A stretch of 63,253 nt of DNA, the filler included, from Lenisia limosa (taxonomy: Eukaryota > Protista > Breviatea): assembly GCA_001655205.1 (NCBI GenBank). It is 16 parts of 16 records of this genome, joined end to end, with 100 filler letters (N's around TTAATTAATTAA, not from the genome) between each part and the next. Parts side by side here need not be neighbours in the genome. Positions count along the whole stretch, not along the records: positions 62,029 to 63,253 come from LPNZ01008810.1; 15 more parts are not named here. One strand, 5' to 3'. The notes below the pieces were generated by a model, which was not told the origin of the DNA, did not search any database, and worked only from the letters and a program-made list of their open reading frames with translations. Positions within the stretch are counted from its first letter, which is position 1, and each line of letters opens with the position of its first letter. The position numbers were made by a program, and so were the translations under genes. Of this stretch, positions 62,467-63,253 are shown in pieces.

Positions 62467-63253
62467 GTCCATACATTCCAGATCAGCTTCACCATATTGT
62501 CCCTCTTGAAATTCCCCCAGGTCCCGAACTTATTGAGAGGTTTTTAGCAGGATGTGTTTCTGTACCTCAGGAATCGTATGTTGCCTTTCGCGTTGGCGAT
62601 ATGAGAGAAATATTCGAACTAATGAGGTATGATGTGCATTATACTGATTCACTTTTATTAAAACCCACTTTACTTTTCCTCTCACAATAAAATAATTTTT
62701 GATTATCATCATAGATATCTTGTTTTATTTGTATCATTTTATAGAGATTTCAAGCAATTCATGACTGAAGTGAAGGAACATGGAAATATGAGGCCGCGGA
62801 AAAAGCGATGCTCTGCGGAGGTTGCCAAACTGGTTAATGTTGGCCGGCACGTTGACGTACTTATTGAATCAGGATACTGTAATTGATGCATGTGCGTACT
62901 TTCTGTCTTCTTTTTTTATTGCGCGTCATTCAACAATTGCATCATCTATCCGTGCTCACCTTGGTGATCAGGTGAAAGATGACGAAGTTCCTGAAAATGT
63001 AAACTTTTACGCATGTGCCTCTACTCTTTGTTATTGATCACATGTTTTATGGCTTTAGGTTTCTGATCGTGTTACAAAAGAACTTCATAGGCTGTTACGT
63101 AACCTAGATGAATCTGACCAGCCTTTAAATACTGTTACAGACGCACTTAATTACCTCCAACTTCCACCAATTCCCGACCACGACCTTAGGATGGAACCCA
63201 CTGAAAATGCGAATCAACGTTTCTTGGTTTATGTGGGAGATATAGCATTTCTA
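62467..63253 (+). CDS. Hypothetical protein fragment
   Basis: PYIPDQLHHIVPLEIPPGPELIERFLAG...FELMR|DFKQFMTEVKEHG... and VKDDEVPEN|VSDRVTKELHRLLRNLDE... with GT-AG introns. Confidence 0.5.

Overview
This window is not one locus. It is 16 short scaffolds of an intron-rich microbial eukaryote (unidentified, flagellated, standard genetic code) joined by artificial 100-bp linkers (44 N + TTAATTAATTAA + 44 N), so gene order across linkers means nothing. Many internal gaps open at G or C homopolymers. Gene models were spliced by eye and their boundaries are approximate. Recognisable genes, mostly partial: SelO/YdiU, AP-4 epsilon adaptin, topoisomerase II, NMD3, a PiT/PHO4 phosphate transporter, a class III cyclase domain lacking catalytic residues, a GT31 glycosyltransferase, dynein heavy chain DNAH10, a Gly-rich/PSI surface protein, a PDR-type ABCG transporter, and several hypothetical proteins. 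The most unusual signal is in the introns. (1) G-runs follow donors and TTTAC+C-runs precede acceptors. (2) A ~60-nt module (family C) forms the acceptor when sense and sits just after donors when inverted. (3) A ~190-nt repeat (family A) starts with a GTATGC donor, is strongly sense-biased, serves as a real donor once, and sits directly behind an AG inside two introns (candidate recursive splice sites / mobile intron). (4) A ~100-bp hAT-type MITE (family B) has 8-bp target duplications. (5) Several tandem duplications are anchored on splice junctions. No rRNA, tRNA or CRISPR array was recognised.
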